A DNA stretch of 63,451 nucleotides, filler included, from Octopus bimaculoides (GCF_001194135.2; 6 parts of 6 records of this genome joined end to end with filler, not necessarily neighbours in it), one strand, 5' to 3'. Numbered from the whole stretch's first letter, positions 37,456 to 51,790 are shown. The notes: generated by a model not told the origin, from the sequence alone. Numbers and translations are program-made.

Positions 37456-40411
37456 TTTATCTCTAATAAATTAAAATGAATTGTCTATGAAAAACACAAC
37501 TCAGTGAGTAGTTGATGAGTTGACATTTGTAGCAGCAGCAGAAGCAGCAGTGGTAGTAGAGTAGTATTTGTGGTAGTAGTAGTTGTTGTTGTTGTTGTCA
37601 TCATCTTTTTTTAGTGAATAGGCCATTTTGTCTTTACATTGTTTGAAAATCAATTTATATTCCACATAATACACCTGAGATTACTCATCTAGCCTTTGAT
37701 TATTCAAATATAGTAGGTTATAGATTTGAGTGTGATAATAATTTCTAAAATGTATTACATATACATAAATAAAAGAGGCAGTATACTTTCCCTTTTTTTT
37801 CGGTACACCATCTAAAGAGCAGGTGATATGAAGCAATTACTTCTTCCGAGCTGAATCTAGTTACGTGTCGTAGAGAATATGTGACTGAAAGATTCCGAGA
37901 GCTACCTCATCAATTTGTCACTGTGTAATATAAACTATAATGAGTGAGTGAGAGCAGTGTAACAGCAACGGTTGTGTATATTCGAAAATTAAGTTACATC
38001 ACATTGTTTTGAATTAAACTCGTGTAAGGATCGACTTTGTCTTTCATCAGATGGGGTCGAGGAAATAACATGTACTGTAATCGATTAAATCAGCTCTATC
38101 ATTTCTTAACATTTCTTAGAAATCAATACAATAGAAATTTGATTAGAAAATTAAAAACAAATTTCAAAAGAATTTTTCTTCAAAGAAACCAACATGGAGT
38201 TGTGTTAAAGTTGTGTTAAACTTTCAATTTATGATATCTTAGTTCATTACATTGATTTTTGTAAGTAACTTGCATGTCATTATTGATTTCTTGCATTTAA
38301 ATTTGTCGGAGAATTGCTCAACGGCGTGATCTAAATCTAGTTCAATAATAATGAAGTGACATCATATCTTTTGGAATTGAATCCGATTCACATTTAGAAC
38401 AAATCAGGAGCCTTAGATGTAAAGCGGTGGCCTCTGTGTAGTTTATAGGGCTGCAGGAAATAGCAATATTATCAGTGTCAACTTACACGCTGCTATCTTG
38501 GAATGCGAGAACAACAAGACAGTATAAGCGATTACACAAAACGCCCTCCATAATGACTCAATGATCTTAAATACAACGGTTTTCTTTTTAAGGATTGCTT
38601 CAATAGGTATGAGATAGGCTTAAACATCTGAACCAACAATTTTAAGTATGTCCTTGGGGGATTGATCTCTCTTGTGGAGATGTCTTAGATGGGGTTGAAC
38701 ACAGTGAAACAGACACACGTACGTGGAGATACATCGGTGATATATCTATTGGAATCTTTTAAAATTTTACTCTCATTGTAAATTAGGAAGCTTTTGGCCG
38801 TATGTACCATAAGACATTATATCTTATGAACAATATAGCCCGAACGTATAAACTCTAATTTTACATAGAATTTTACTAAGTTAAAAAACTAAAACACCAG
38901 TTGGTATCAAGGAGAGATTTCTTCTTTCAACAATAATTCTCAATGCATTTATGAAATTTTATTATGCCGGACGACTTTGCATATGTTTAAGGAAATATTT
39001 CAGTATTGGTAAATCACCATTTGAACGATGATATTCGCTTAATAGAACAAAATAACGAATGTCTAAAATATCTTACAAATACACCTGAATAAAAAAGGCT
39101 GTACGACATAAAATATAATTAAAGCTGAAAAAAAATTAAAATAAGAGTTCGTACAGTTACTCTCAAAAACGAAAGAGGGAATGCAATAGTGTGTATTATA
39201 GCTAAAAGAAGTTGAAGGTTTTACGTATCTAGTAAGAATAATACCGGAAGGAATAAAGTAACAGAATGAAGTAAAGATTCAGGATTTCCGAAGCTACAGT
39301 GGCGGCAGCATCAGAAAAAAAGCCAAAAATATTAAAAGATTACGAAGTGAAAAAGTTTTAGAATGCAATTATAGCTGTAGCTGCGATATATAGATGAGAA
39401 TCGTAGACATTACATTCTGTATGTGAGAACACGATAAGTGATTTTGAAATGAAATATAATAGATAAGTAGCTAATATTCCACATAGCGAATATGGAAGTA
39501 AACTGATTGTGAGGAAATTTTTGAGAATCTCTGAATGCATGGAAAAAAAACCCGTAAAACATGCAGAAGTAGAAACATGGGTGCTGATTCAGCTACTGGG
39601 AAGAGTCCACTAGAAAACATGGCGTTGATTATCCATAGGGTAAGATATATATGGTGGTTGTGTCATTTCCTATCTACCTACGGCATATTTACACAAAGAA
39701 TCTCAACTGATTGAATAAAATCATTGCTTAGACTGGTTAATGTTCGATAATCTTTATTTTTCTGACATACTTGAATGGTGAGATGAGTGAAAGTACAAGG
39801 AAAGGACTAATTCTCATATTGGAAAGGACACTAAAACTGGCAATTGAGTGATCTCTCTGAAAGGGTACTAAAAACCGTGCCTGTGGTGCTAAACCGAGTA
39901 ATTGCAGGACAGCACCGTATGCTTTATCGTTCGTAAAAACAAATATAAGAATTAATATGAATTCAGTATCGCAATGTGCATACATTAACGTACACAGGCG
40001 TAACCATAGGCAATCATTGAGAAAATAGATTCAAACTAGCATGTATTATGGGTGGCCTCTAGAGATAAATGTTAGCATTCTGTACTTCACTATAATGTGA
40101 CGGTAAAGTATAATTAAGTAGCGTGTCAATAAAATACTCAATTACTTTCTTATTATATATTCAGGGAATAATGCATTTCATCTTGGGCGTTTTTTAAAGG
40201 AGTTCGGAATGAATGAGAACTAGTAGCTTTGAGACCTTAGAGAATTGCGCTAGGAAAGATATGGAGAGCGGTTTTCCCTGCACATAAAAGTGCACAATAT
40301 TCAGATATCTTCTTTCTCATGCACAAACCACTTTCATTTCTTTCTTTATTTGGCAAATGTAATTGCTTTCCTTTTGTCTTCCTTCTCCGATTTCCTTCTT
40401 CCATCACATGA

Positions 40412-40480
<69 letters not shown>

Positions 40481-40862
40481 GTGGTGTTTGTGTATGCATA
40501 CATATGTACATACACACACACATACATACGTACATAAACGTATATATATATATATATATNNNNNNNNNNNNNNNNNNNNNNNNNNNNNNNNNNNNNNNNN
40601 NNNTTAATTAATTAANNNNNNNNNNNNNNNNNNNNNNNNNNNNNNNNNNNNNNNNNNNNTCTGAATAACGAGGGGATAAGTCATTTACTTTTTTCTTTTT
40701 TCTTTTTTTCTTTTTTTTTGCCTTTCCAGAGTTGTATTCTTTATATATTGAAATAAATGTCGAAAATAAAGGGAAGAAAAACCACGGACAAGTAGCAATC
40801 TATCTATCTCTGTGTATATGCTCAAGCACACAGACACATATGTATATACATACATTTCTTGC

Positions 40863-40925
<63 letters not shown>

Positions 40926-41119
40926 CATGCGTATATTTATGTGCGTATGTGTGTGTATTTAAGTCACAGTATAATAATCCAGTAGTACTCATAAAAGAAG
41001 CTCTTGTATCATTCTACAAAACATAGAATACGACATTTAATATTCTTCGTATTTTCTTGTTGATATTAATCGTTATAGTTAATAAATATTGTCTCTAAAT
41101 ACTTTTATTTAGTTTTAAT

Positions 41120-41320
41120 CTGTTATTACCTCTGCCTCAGTGAAAGCGGAGATATTGTTTTCAGTCGTGCTTGCTTTTTGTGTTTTTCCGTGGACAAGAT
41201 ATCTCGAGAACTGCTGGATGGATTCGGATGAAACTTTGAGGGATGTTTGGCCACGTGACTGGCACTAACTGATTAGATTTTGCGATCGATCCGGTACCGG
41301 ACAAGTATTCTGGATTATTT
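41120..41320 (+). mobile_element. DINE-1/HINE-like (Helentron-associated) non-autonomous element; second partial copy about 41720-41905
   Basis: ATTACCTCTGCC..GCGGAG subterminal hairpin, GGATGGATTCGGATGAAACTT core and palindrome GATCCGGTACCGGA. Repeated as ATTACCTCCGCC (about 41720) and GATCAGGTACCGGACAAAGATTCTGGATTAT (about 41855). Confidence 0.5.
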
Positions 41321-42003
41321 GTTATATTTACTTTACTTTACATGAATACGATCTTACGTTGACTTTCAAGTCTTCCTCAGTTATTTCCCTATAGGTTCTT
41401 TCCAAAGTTTTATTTTCGTTTCTCTATTATTAATTTTACTCGCCCCCCTCTCTTAATAGAAACTGGTGGATAGATAAATCAAATTACATAAACAAATGGC
41501 AGCAAAACCGTCCAGAAATTAAATAACACTAACATATTTTTATAATATATATTATATATTATACATATTCATAAACACTTTACAGTATACTTACGCATAT
41601 ACATACATCTATACATCGATCTAAAACAACAGGAATACTAAAGGAAGGCCGGAATTTAAGAGAAGAGAAAAGCAAAAGGTCTCATGCTATTCATTTAAAA
41701 ATTCCTGGTTAGAACTTATTATTACCTCCGCCTTTCAAACTATTTTTAATGGTGAATTTGTTAACTTTGGCTTGTATTTGATAAGGATAAACTATTTATC
41801 ACTGTTACTAAATTTTCTACAGTCGCCTTCACATTTCATAACTACCATTGGGATCGATCAGGTACCGGACAAAGATTCTGGATTATTTTTCCGGATTTTT
41901 TTTTTACTTAATTTTTGAGAGTAGTCAAATTCATTTTTAGTATTCCCGTTGTTGAGAGGACATTGGTGTTGCCTTGGCAGAGGTTTGCGCTCTCTGAATT
42001 CAC

Positions 42004-42668
<665 letters not shown>

Positions 42669-43129
42669 GCAGAAGGAGATCTAATTAGTGACCAAGAAGA
42701 ATATTCGCAATTTTTAAAATATTCAGACATATTTCGTGTACCCATGTAAACATTTTTTGTAGTCCTGAAATTTTTTGGTTTTCTAGTTAGTATTATTTTC
42801 GTAGCACCGATAATCACAAGTAGAGTTTCACATTTTCGATGGCACGTTGTGGAGAACCTCTATTTCAAAGCTTTATATTCTCTTAACTGTTTTTCCCAGA
42901 AATAAGGCAATCTGCTAGGATCGAAATATCAATGAGCATCAATGTCTTGTCAATGTAATTTTTTTACCACAAAATCTGTTTTATTCCCCTGAATAGACTT
43001 TTCAGTTTAGATACTAAAGTCCCAAAGAATTATGGTATCTTTATTTTCTACTATTTTGGCAGGTTTGTATTCCCATCACTTCTTATATGGGAGTCTAGAC
43101 CGACAGCATATGACCCAATGCAAATATTG

Positions 43130-43420
43130 ACCAAATCTATCATGGTGATTCATATTGTCATTTGAAGCTAACAAAGCATCCAGCGATGGAGATAGTCAAA
43201 TGTTTCTCTGGTTGTACCCCAAAAAGCGGCAAGCAAGATGCTTGCTCGGTAGTTTCCAGTGGGCCGACAGTGGTCCTGAGCTGCTATAATGATGTCCCTT
43301 GATGTCGGCATTCTGATACCCGACGCTAATCATCATGATACAAGTAGCTCTTTTCTAATATTCAGATGGCTTCCAACTCTCCATATCAGCAAATCTTTTC
43401 TTAATTACTTTAATCTTAAT
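43130..43420 (-). mobile_element. Possible Tc1/mariner-superfamily transposase N-terminal remnant
   Basis: Minus translation MESWKPSEY*KRATCIMMISVGYQNADI resembles a transposase start; decayed. Confidence 0.3.
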
Positions 43421-43604
43421 GCTCTCCAACGCCGTTGACTATTCGTTAATGCATCAATCTGCTTCTGAAAAAGGGGAGACATAAAATCGTCAAATTTAGC
43501 CCGAATACTCTGTACATTAAAACTTTATGTGCATCCGTTGGAAATCAATACGTACCTTAAAAATTAATGCAATCATTGTACTGTAAATAACTGAATACAC
43601 GAAT

Positions 43605-43778
43605 AAACTTGCTTCCCAACCACATGGTTCCGGGTTCTGTCCCACTGCGTGGCACCTTGGGCAAGTGCCTGCTACAATGGCCTCGGGCCGACCAAACCCT
43701 TGTGAGTGGATTTGGTAGACAGAAACTGAAAGAAGCCTCTCGTCTATCTATATACGTGTGTGTGTGTGTGTGTGTGTG
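43605..43778 (+). mobile_element. SINE family A (3' part in gap)
   Basis: CTTGCTTCCCAACCACATGGTTCCGGGTTC..GAAACTGAAAGAAGCC. Confidence 0.9.
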
Positions 43779-44200
43779 NNNNNNNNNNNNNNNNNNNNNN
43801 NNNNNNNNNNNNNNNNNNNNNNNNNNNNNNNNNNNNNNNNNNNNNNNNNNNNNNNNNNNNNNNNNNNNNNNNNNNNNNNNNNNNNNNNNNNNNNNNNNNN
43901 NNNNNNNNNNNNNNNNNNNNNNNNNNNNNNNNNNNNNNNNNNNNNNNNNNNNNNNNNNNNNNNNNNNNNNNNNNNNNNNNNNNNNNNNNNNNNNNNNNNN
44001 NNNNNNNNNNNNNNNNNNNNNNNNNNNNNNNNNNNNNNNNNNNNNNNNNNNNNNNNNNNNNATATATCAAAACTTAGTAATGATTCGTTGTTAGCGGTGG
44101 AACTCGAAGTAGGTAAAAGTATAAATAAAAGCATGTAAATTCAGAGTTTCAAAACACTTTTCAGAACTCCCTTTTTTTTTCACTCGCTATTATTTATTTA

Positions 44201-45058
44201 CGTGGTGTGATCAATAAGTATCTGGACTGTTGCCATAGTAACAAAGCTAAAGCACACAGAGTGAAGCTGCTTGGCACAGATTGATCTTGAACTCTGCTCT
44301 GCATGCGCACTATGTTTTAACGTTCTAGCTTATTTCTGCTGTTTACAGCAGTGCTTGGAAGGAATGCGTGTAGCGTGTGATCGTCGCATTGACCGTGACA
44401 GAGTAAGCTGAGCAGGGAATTTCCTTCAAATTTTGCAAAAGGCTTGGCAATACCTACGTAAAGTTTTCAGAAAGTTTTGATCGTTCTCAACACAATCAAG
44501 GAGATTTTGTGCAATTGAAACCCGAGTGTCTTCTTGATCAGCTGAAACACGCATCTCATACCCGAATCTTCAGTGATAATGGATTGAACTGAACCGTAAC
44601 TAATCTGTACATCCTCTGATAACTCACGGATGGTAATTCGACGATTTCACTTCACAACTGCGCGAACATCTGCGATATTTTTCACAGTTCTTCTGGTTGC
44701 AGGTCTCCCAGAACGTTCGTCAACATCGACATTTATTCGGCCATCTTGAAAACATCTAAACCACTCGTGCACTCGTGTGTAGCTCATACACTCCTCTCCA
44801 TATACTTTCTGCAACTTTGCGTAGGCCTCTGAGCAGGTATCGCCATCACAACTTTCTCTGTCATGGTCAATGCGACGATCACACGCTACACACCTTCCTT
44901 CCAAGAACTGCTGTAAATAGCGGAAGTGAGCTAGACCGTTAAAACTTAGTACGCATGCAGAGCAAAGTTCAAGGCCAATCTATTCCAAGGAGCTTTACTC
45001 TGCGTAGTTTAGCTTCCTTACTATAGCAACAGTTCGGATATTTATTGATCAGACCATG
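44201..45058 (-). mobile_element. Non-autonomous mariner with terminal inverted repeats and TA target duplications, made of two 5' ends
   Basis: TA|CGTGGTGTGATCAATAAGTATCTGGACTGTTGC.. versus ..GCAACAGTTCGGATATTTATTGATCAGACCATG|TA. Minus-strand transposase N-half: DTCSEAYAKLQKVYGEECMS..EWFRCFQDG..DERSGRP..RRITIRELSEDVQISYGSVQSII..NFLKTL. No DDD domain. Confidence 0.92.
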
Positions 45059-45169
45059 TATAACGAGTCCCATCGTTAAAACGATTTGCTTAGTAAATTC
45101 GTTAAACATTGCTTACAAAACGAAATAGTTCATAACTCAAGATTCACTTATAAAAAGTTTGTGTACAAA

Positions 45170-45364
45170 TAGGCGCAGGCGTGGATGTGTGGTAAGTAGC
45201 TTGTTTACCAACCACATGGTTCTGGGTTCAGTCCCACTGCGTGGCACCTTGGGCAAGTGTCTTCTACTATAGCCTCGGGCCGACCAAGACCTTGCGAGTG
45301 GATTTGGTAGACGGAAACTGAAAGAAGCCCGTCGTATATATGCATATATATATATATATATATA
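45170..45364 (+). mobile_element. SINE family A (3' part in gap)
   Basis: TAGGCGCAGGCGTGGATGTGTGGTAAG.. through GAAGCCCGTCG. Confidence 0.92.
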
Positions 45365-45604
45365 NNNNNNNNNNNNNNNNNNNNNNNNNNNNNNNNNNNN
45401 NNNNNNNNTTAATTAATTAANNNNNNNNNNNNNNNNNNNNNNNNNNNNNNNNNNNNNNNNNNNNTATATATATATTCGTCAATGGGTTCAGGTTTTCTTT
45501 TTGTATGTTACCGAATTCTACAATATTACATATCATATTATAATACAATTACTGTCATGCATTTTTTTCTTTTCAAACGAAGCGCATCAACTTTGAGGTA
45601 CCCC

Positions 45605-45995
45605 ATATTCAAATGCTACATATCTTCTCCATTTTATTGATCCCCGAAAGGATGAAAGGCAAAATCGACATCGACGTAATTTGAAATCACAACGTAATGA
45701 TGGAATAAAAATGCCGCTAAGCATTCTTTTCCGTCGTGCTAACGTTTCTGGCAGCCAGCTCACAGCCTTCTACATGTTAACAACATTGATTTAAAAGTTT
45801 CGCCCAAGGCCAACAATTTCGAGGAACGGATAAGTCGTTTATATGGGCACCAGTTTTGAACTGGTATTCATTTGATCGATTCTGAAAGGACAAACGGTAA
45901 AGTCGGTGGAATTTGATCTCAGAGCGTAAAGACGGATAGAAATGCCGCTAAGCATTTTGTCCGGCGCGCCATCGATTCTGCAAGCTGGCCGCTTT
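45605..45995 (-). mobile_element. Two tandem decayed family B SINEs
   Basis: Two GAAAGGA..AATTTGA..CGCTAAGCATT..TCTG(C/G)CAGC units. Confidence 0.8.
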
Positions 45996-46083
45996 CTTCG
46001 TAATAGCAAGTAATGATAACCGAGAATTCTGCTTCGCTATCAGTTAAAAATTGTATTCAAATGTGAAGAACAACGCTCGGTTC

Positions 46084-46084
46084 T

Positions 46085-46159
<75 letters not shown>
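46084..46159. repeat. (TAC)n
   Basis: Directly visible. Confidence 0.97.
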
Positions 46160-46853
46160 ATGGATTTAAAGATAGTGTAAAGCATAAAGTTACTTGTATT
46201 ATTATATTGTATAATATTCTAAAATTGTAAAAAGTAAATCATTGCGTAAAAATCAATCTATGTTCGAATTTCATTGCCTAACACACACACATACACACAC
46301 ACACGCACACACAAACACACACACATACATGTTCATATATATGTATAAATGTGTGTCTGTGCGCGTGCGTGGGTGTCTACAATTGCATATGCAACATGCA
46401 AAAGAAATAATCTATCACTCGGAGATAGTTGTAGAAGACAGAATCAAAGTAAACTACGAGATGCAGTGAGACATATTTCAAATTCGATAAGATGCTTTTC
46501 GTGTGAGAACGTCTAAAATTTCTTTAAGTATTTGAACTTAGCGGAACTGGTAAGAATATGATAAGAAAGATCTCGACCGAATTACATGTGGAAATTCTTA
46601 TCTACGCATAATCTTTTACTGTGGATTTAAAACGGTGGAGGACATATTAATGCCGTCGGGAAAGAATTAAGAGACTGTGCTGGAATATTTAAAACGATAT
46701 TTGTAAATAATAAATAGATTCATGGACTTTATGGTGTAGAGTCTGAGTCAACATTATTTCTATTTGTTAAGCATTGGAGAAATGTATTTACAAGTTATAA
46801 GATATGCAATAACTCATGCTCCGTTCCTGTGTAATATTTATAGACACATGAAT

Positions 46854-46920
<67 letters not shown>

Positions 46921-47718
46921 AATATATATATGTATGTATGTATATATACATATATATGTGTGTGAGTATGTATATATATGTATGTATANNNNNNNNNNNN
47001 NNNNNNNNNNNNNNNNNNNNNNNNNNNNNNNNNNNNNNNNNNNNNNNNNNNNNNNNNNNNNNNNNNNNNNNNNNNNNNNNNNNNNNNNNNNNNNNNNNNN
47101 NNNNNNNNNNNNNNNNNNNNNNNNNNNNNNNNNNNNNNNNNNNNNNNNNNNNNNNNNNNNNNNNNNNNNNNNNNNNNNNNNNNNNNNNNNNNNNNNNNNN
47201 NNNNNNNNNNNNNNNNNNNNNNNNNNNNNNNNNNNNNNNNNNNNNNNNNNNNNNNNNNNNNNNNNNNNNNNNNNNNNNNNNNNNNNNNNNNNNNNNNNNN
47301 NNNNNNNNNNNNNNNNNNNNNNNNNNNNNNNNNNNNNNNNNNNNNNNNNNNNNNNNNNNNNNNNNNNNNNNNNNNNNNNNNNNNNNNNNNNNNNNNNNNN
47401 NNNNNNNNNNNNNNNNNNNNNNNNNNNNNNNNNNNNNNNNNNNNNNNNNNNNNNNNNNNNNNNNNNNNNNNNNNNNNNNNNNNNNNNNNNNNNNNNNNNN
47501 NNNNNNNNNNNNNNNNNNNNNNNNNNNNNNNNNNNNNNNNNNNNNNNNNNNNNNNNNNNATATCTGAATGCGTGTGTGTTTATGTAAGCTTATTTGTCTG
47601 CGCGCGTCGGCATCTGTATGTGTTTGTGTGTGTTAGAGAGACAGAGACACAGAGAGAGAGAGAGAGAGAAAGAGAGAGGGAGAGAGAGAGAGAGAGATAG
47701 ATAGAGTGTGTGTGTAAA

Positions 47719-47755
<37 letters not shown>

Positions 47756-48352
47756 TGTGTACCATCGTATCAATTCAAAATTTCAATAAAATTGTATCAT
47801 GAATAAAGATGAGAAAAACGGTAGATGCAAATACATGCACATATGCGTGTGTGTGTGTGTGTGTGTGTTTGTGTGTATTTATATTTGTATGTAACCTATA
47901 TCCATATATGCATATGTATACATATACATATAAATACATACATATATATATGTGTATATATACGTGTGTTTGTATATATATTAAAATCTATACACGTTGC
48001 CGTTTCATTATGAGAATAACGCAGCTTGAAAAACAAAATGGAGAAATGCATATAATACAAAATAAAGAGAAGAATGTAATAAATATACTGAGATTGTGAA
48101 GACATGAATTGAAGAATAAGATAAAGAAGGAAAAAAAGTGGTTATAAGGAAATGGAATCGGCTAATCAGAAATTTAGCAAGCGGCACAGAGAATACACAG
48201 ATTCACTTTAAGCGGTTCAGGAGATATGCACTAACAAAATGAAGACAGTAAGCATTATTATATGATGTATGCTGAAAAGAAAAGCAATGTGCTGGAGTAA
48301 CGTGTAATAAAAGTAGAAAACATTGATAAATGAATATATGGCTCTGTATGTA

Positions 48353-48389
<37 letters not shown>

Positions 48390-48857
48390 NNNNNNNNNNN
48401 NNNNNNNNNNNNNNNNNNNNNNNNNNNNNNNNNNNNNNNNNNNNNNNNNNNNNNNNNNNNNNNNNNNNNNNNNNNNNNNNNNNNNNNNNNNNNNNNNNNN
48501 NNNNNNNNNNNNNNNNNNNNNNNNNNNNNNNNNNNNNNNNNNNNNNNNNNNNNNNNNNNNNNNNNNNNNNNNNNNNNNNNNNNNNNNNNNNNNNNNNNNN
48601 NNNNNNNNNNNNNNNNNNNNNNNNNNNNNNNNNNNNNNNNNNNNNNNNNNNNNNNNNNNNNNNNNNNNNNNNNNNNNNNNNNNNNNNNNNNNNNNNNTAT
48701 ATATATACATATATATATATATATATGTATATTTGTATGTATATTGATAATATACAGACCTTTTCCTTTGCTAATAGGCATTTCTGGAATAAAAAGTGTA
48801 GTATTAGATATATTAGATACATTCTAATACACAAGGTTATACACACACAAACACACA

Positions 48858-48896
<39 letters not shown>

Positions 48897-49227
48897 ACAC
48901 ACACACATATACGCATGCATGTATGTATGATTGCATGTATATAGGTATGTGTGAATGCACGTGTATATATAAAGTACCGGTTGATTACACCCATTGACTG
49001 TGTACATATGACTGTTGTTCATATTCATTTGTGTCTCTACCTATATGTGTACGTATATGTCGGTGTGTTGTGTTTGTGTAAGTGCATGTGAGCGGGTAGA
49101 TATGTATGTCTGTATGTGTCTGTGCGTGCGTGTTTATGTGTACGCGTGTATATGTTGATGAACAAGACAGAAAAAAATTACTCATTGCAAATTGTGACAG
49201 TAAATATTTATTCTGCAGCTGACATTA

Positions 49228-49228
49228 C

Positions 49229-49298
<70 letters not shown>

Positions 49299-49300
49299 AC

Positions 49301-49346
<46 letters not shown>

Positions 49347-49348
49347 AC

Positions 49349-49407
<59 letters not shown>

Positions 49408-49511
49408 GTCTGTCTGTCTGTCTATCTGTCTACCTGTCTGTCTACCTGCCTGCCTGCTTGTCTATCTCTCTATCTGACTGACTGTCTGTCTCTGTCTATC
49501 TGTCTTCTGTC

Positions 49512-49547
<36 letters not shown>
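49228..49547. repeat. (CTAT)n grading into (CTGT)n/(CCTG)n/(CT)n
   Basis: Directly visible tetranucleotide array. Confidence 0.97.
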
Positions 49548-49548
<1 letters not shown>

Positions 49549-49557
49549 CGCGCGCAC

Positions 49558-49645
49558 GAGGTTATAGTAGAAACACTTCCTGAAGGTGCAACGCAGTGGA
49601 AATGAACCTAGAGCCCTGCGGTGGGGTAGCAATCTTCTTACCGCA
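49558..49645 (-). mobile_element. SINE family A head, decayed
   Basis: TATAGTAGAAACACTT..AAGGTGCAACGCAGTGGAAATGAACC. Confidence 0.7.
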
Positions 49646-49788
49646 TAATAATGCCTAACTATGTACATGCATTCATACAACCACACATATGCATATATGC
49701 ATATATACAGATTTAAATACGTACATATAAATATATACATAAATGCATCAATACATACTCCATATATACATACATACATACTACGTAC

Positions 49789-49819
<31 letters not shown>

Positions 49820-50300
49820 TGTGTGCGTGTGTGTGTGTGTGAATGCGTGTGTGTGCATATGCATATCTGTGTATGTGCGTGTGTATGCGTGTATGCGTTA
49901 TATACATTTACAAATATGTACGACTTGATATTTTCCGCGAAACAACTTTGCCATTTGTAAATGAATATTTACCACGATTTGCAGGAAGATCTAGATGCAT
50001 ACAGGAATTATAGATGAAGATAAAAATTCGTGGGTTCGCAGTCCCCACGGGGTGAAACAGACTGGAGTCAAGAAAAGAAATATGGAGACATTGAAATTAG
50101 TTGAAGCAAATGCCGTGTAAATATGATTGTCTCAGTTACAGAATTGTTGTCAATTTTTTCCTTTCTACTTCGCTCTGCTTTTTTCGTTCAGTGCCACATT
50201 AATATCGTGTTTTCCCACATTATATTATATATAAACATACATATTGACACCCATCTTTTCAACTTGCATATACACACACACACATACACACACACGCACG

Positions 50301-50421
<121 letters not shown>

Positions 50422-50485
50422 CTAGCTAGCTAGATAGATAGATGCATATAGACATGCACACACACACATCTATATCTATATATAA

Positions 50486-50806
50486 TGAAGGCGCGTAGCT
50501 TAGTGGTTAGGGCATTCGGCTTATAATCTTAAGGTCGTGAGTTCAATTCCTGGCGACGCGGTGTCCTTCAGGAGGATACTTTATTTCACGTTGCTGCAGT
50601 CCACTTAGCTGTCAAAAATCAGCAGTACCTGTATTTCAAAGAGCCGGCCTTGTCACACTTTGTGTCACACTGAATCTCCTATGTGAACTACGTTTGGGGT
50701 ACATTGTCATTGGAGTGCTCAGCCACTTGCACGTTAATTTCACGAGCAAGCTCTTCCGTTGATTGTATCAGCAGGGACCCTCATCGTCGTAACCGACGGA
50801 GTGCTC
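50486..50806 (+). mobile_element. Hybrid tRNA-derived SINE: family D-type head/core plus family C 3' half
   Basis: A box TAGCTTAGTGG, B box GAGTTCAATTCC. Core TTTATTTCACGTTGCTGCAGTCCACTTAGCTG matches 59.9 kb (minus); tail CCTTGTCACAC..GGAGTGCTCAGCCACTTGCACGTTAATTTCACGAGCA..CGACGGAGTGC matches family C. Confidence 0.85.
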
Positions 50807-50843
50807 TTATAAATAGATAGACAGATAGCTAGCTAGCTAGCTG

Positions 50844-50896
<53 letters not shown>

Positions 50897-50920
50897 ATAG
50901 ATAGAAATATAGATAGATAT

Positions 50921-50951
<31 letters not shown>

Positions 50952-51589
50952 TACACATATGCTCATATATGTATGTATGTTATTTATATTCTTCTTGTAT
51001 AAATCATAACTACTTAAATTTGCTGACAGCTTCAGAATTATTTTAATGGAAGATAGAAATCCTTAACTATTCCATTGCGTTAGATTTTATTTCTGAAGCA
51101 TCCTAGTGGTATTTATATATTCTATACATTAAACGATATTTAGAAAATAAATTAATCGCGGTGTGTATTATTTACAACTGAGTACGTCATTTGAAGTCGT
51201 GAATTTACTTTTTGGCTGTATGATTTTCATGAATAATAAATTTTACTGACAACGATATTCAAATGTAGATCGCCATTAATTCTTGAGCGAAACTATTTGT
51301 CACGTTGTATTGTATATTCTTATGGAGTATTTGGAAAAGGAAAAACATGGGCTTTTATTAATTTAAATGTAAAAGAGTTTAAATGCAAGATGAGTGAAAT
51401 AACCTTTTTCTTTTTACTTGGCATTTGAAGTAGTAAAGTGTTTGTTAATTTGAACTTTTAGTGAAGAATTATAACTTGTTTAGATTTCAGAAAGCTCCTA
51501 CGTAAAATTAAATTCCATTAGTTTCAGACAATTACGTGATATGTCTTTGCAACATACGTGATGCCAGCTAAACATGATTATTCTTGGAA

Positions 51590-51790
51590 GACATTAAAGC
51601 CTAGAATATTGGTTTCACATTTTGGCACAATGATAGCAATTTTTATGTGAGTAATCAACTGGTACTTATTTTCTGGACCATAGGGGAGAAAAACAAAGAT
51701 AATCCCGGCAGAATTTGATCTCGGAACAGTAAAGACAAACGAAATGCTGCTATATATTCCGCCCGGCATGCTAACGTTTCTGCCAGTTCA
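51590..51790 (-). mobile_element. SINE family B
   Basis: CAACTGGTACTTATTTT..AGAATTTGA..GCATGCTAACGTTTCTGCCAG. Confidence 0.8.

Noticed and set aside
39570-40020. GADSA..SPL and MSESTR..LERTLK as another Harbinger copy
   Set aside because: Motif spacing is about 66 codons versus about 25 expected.
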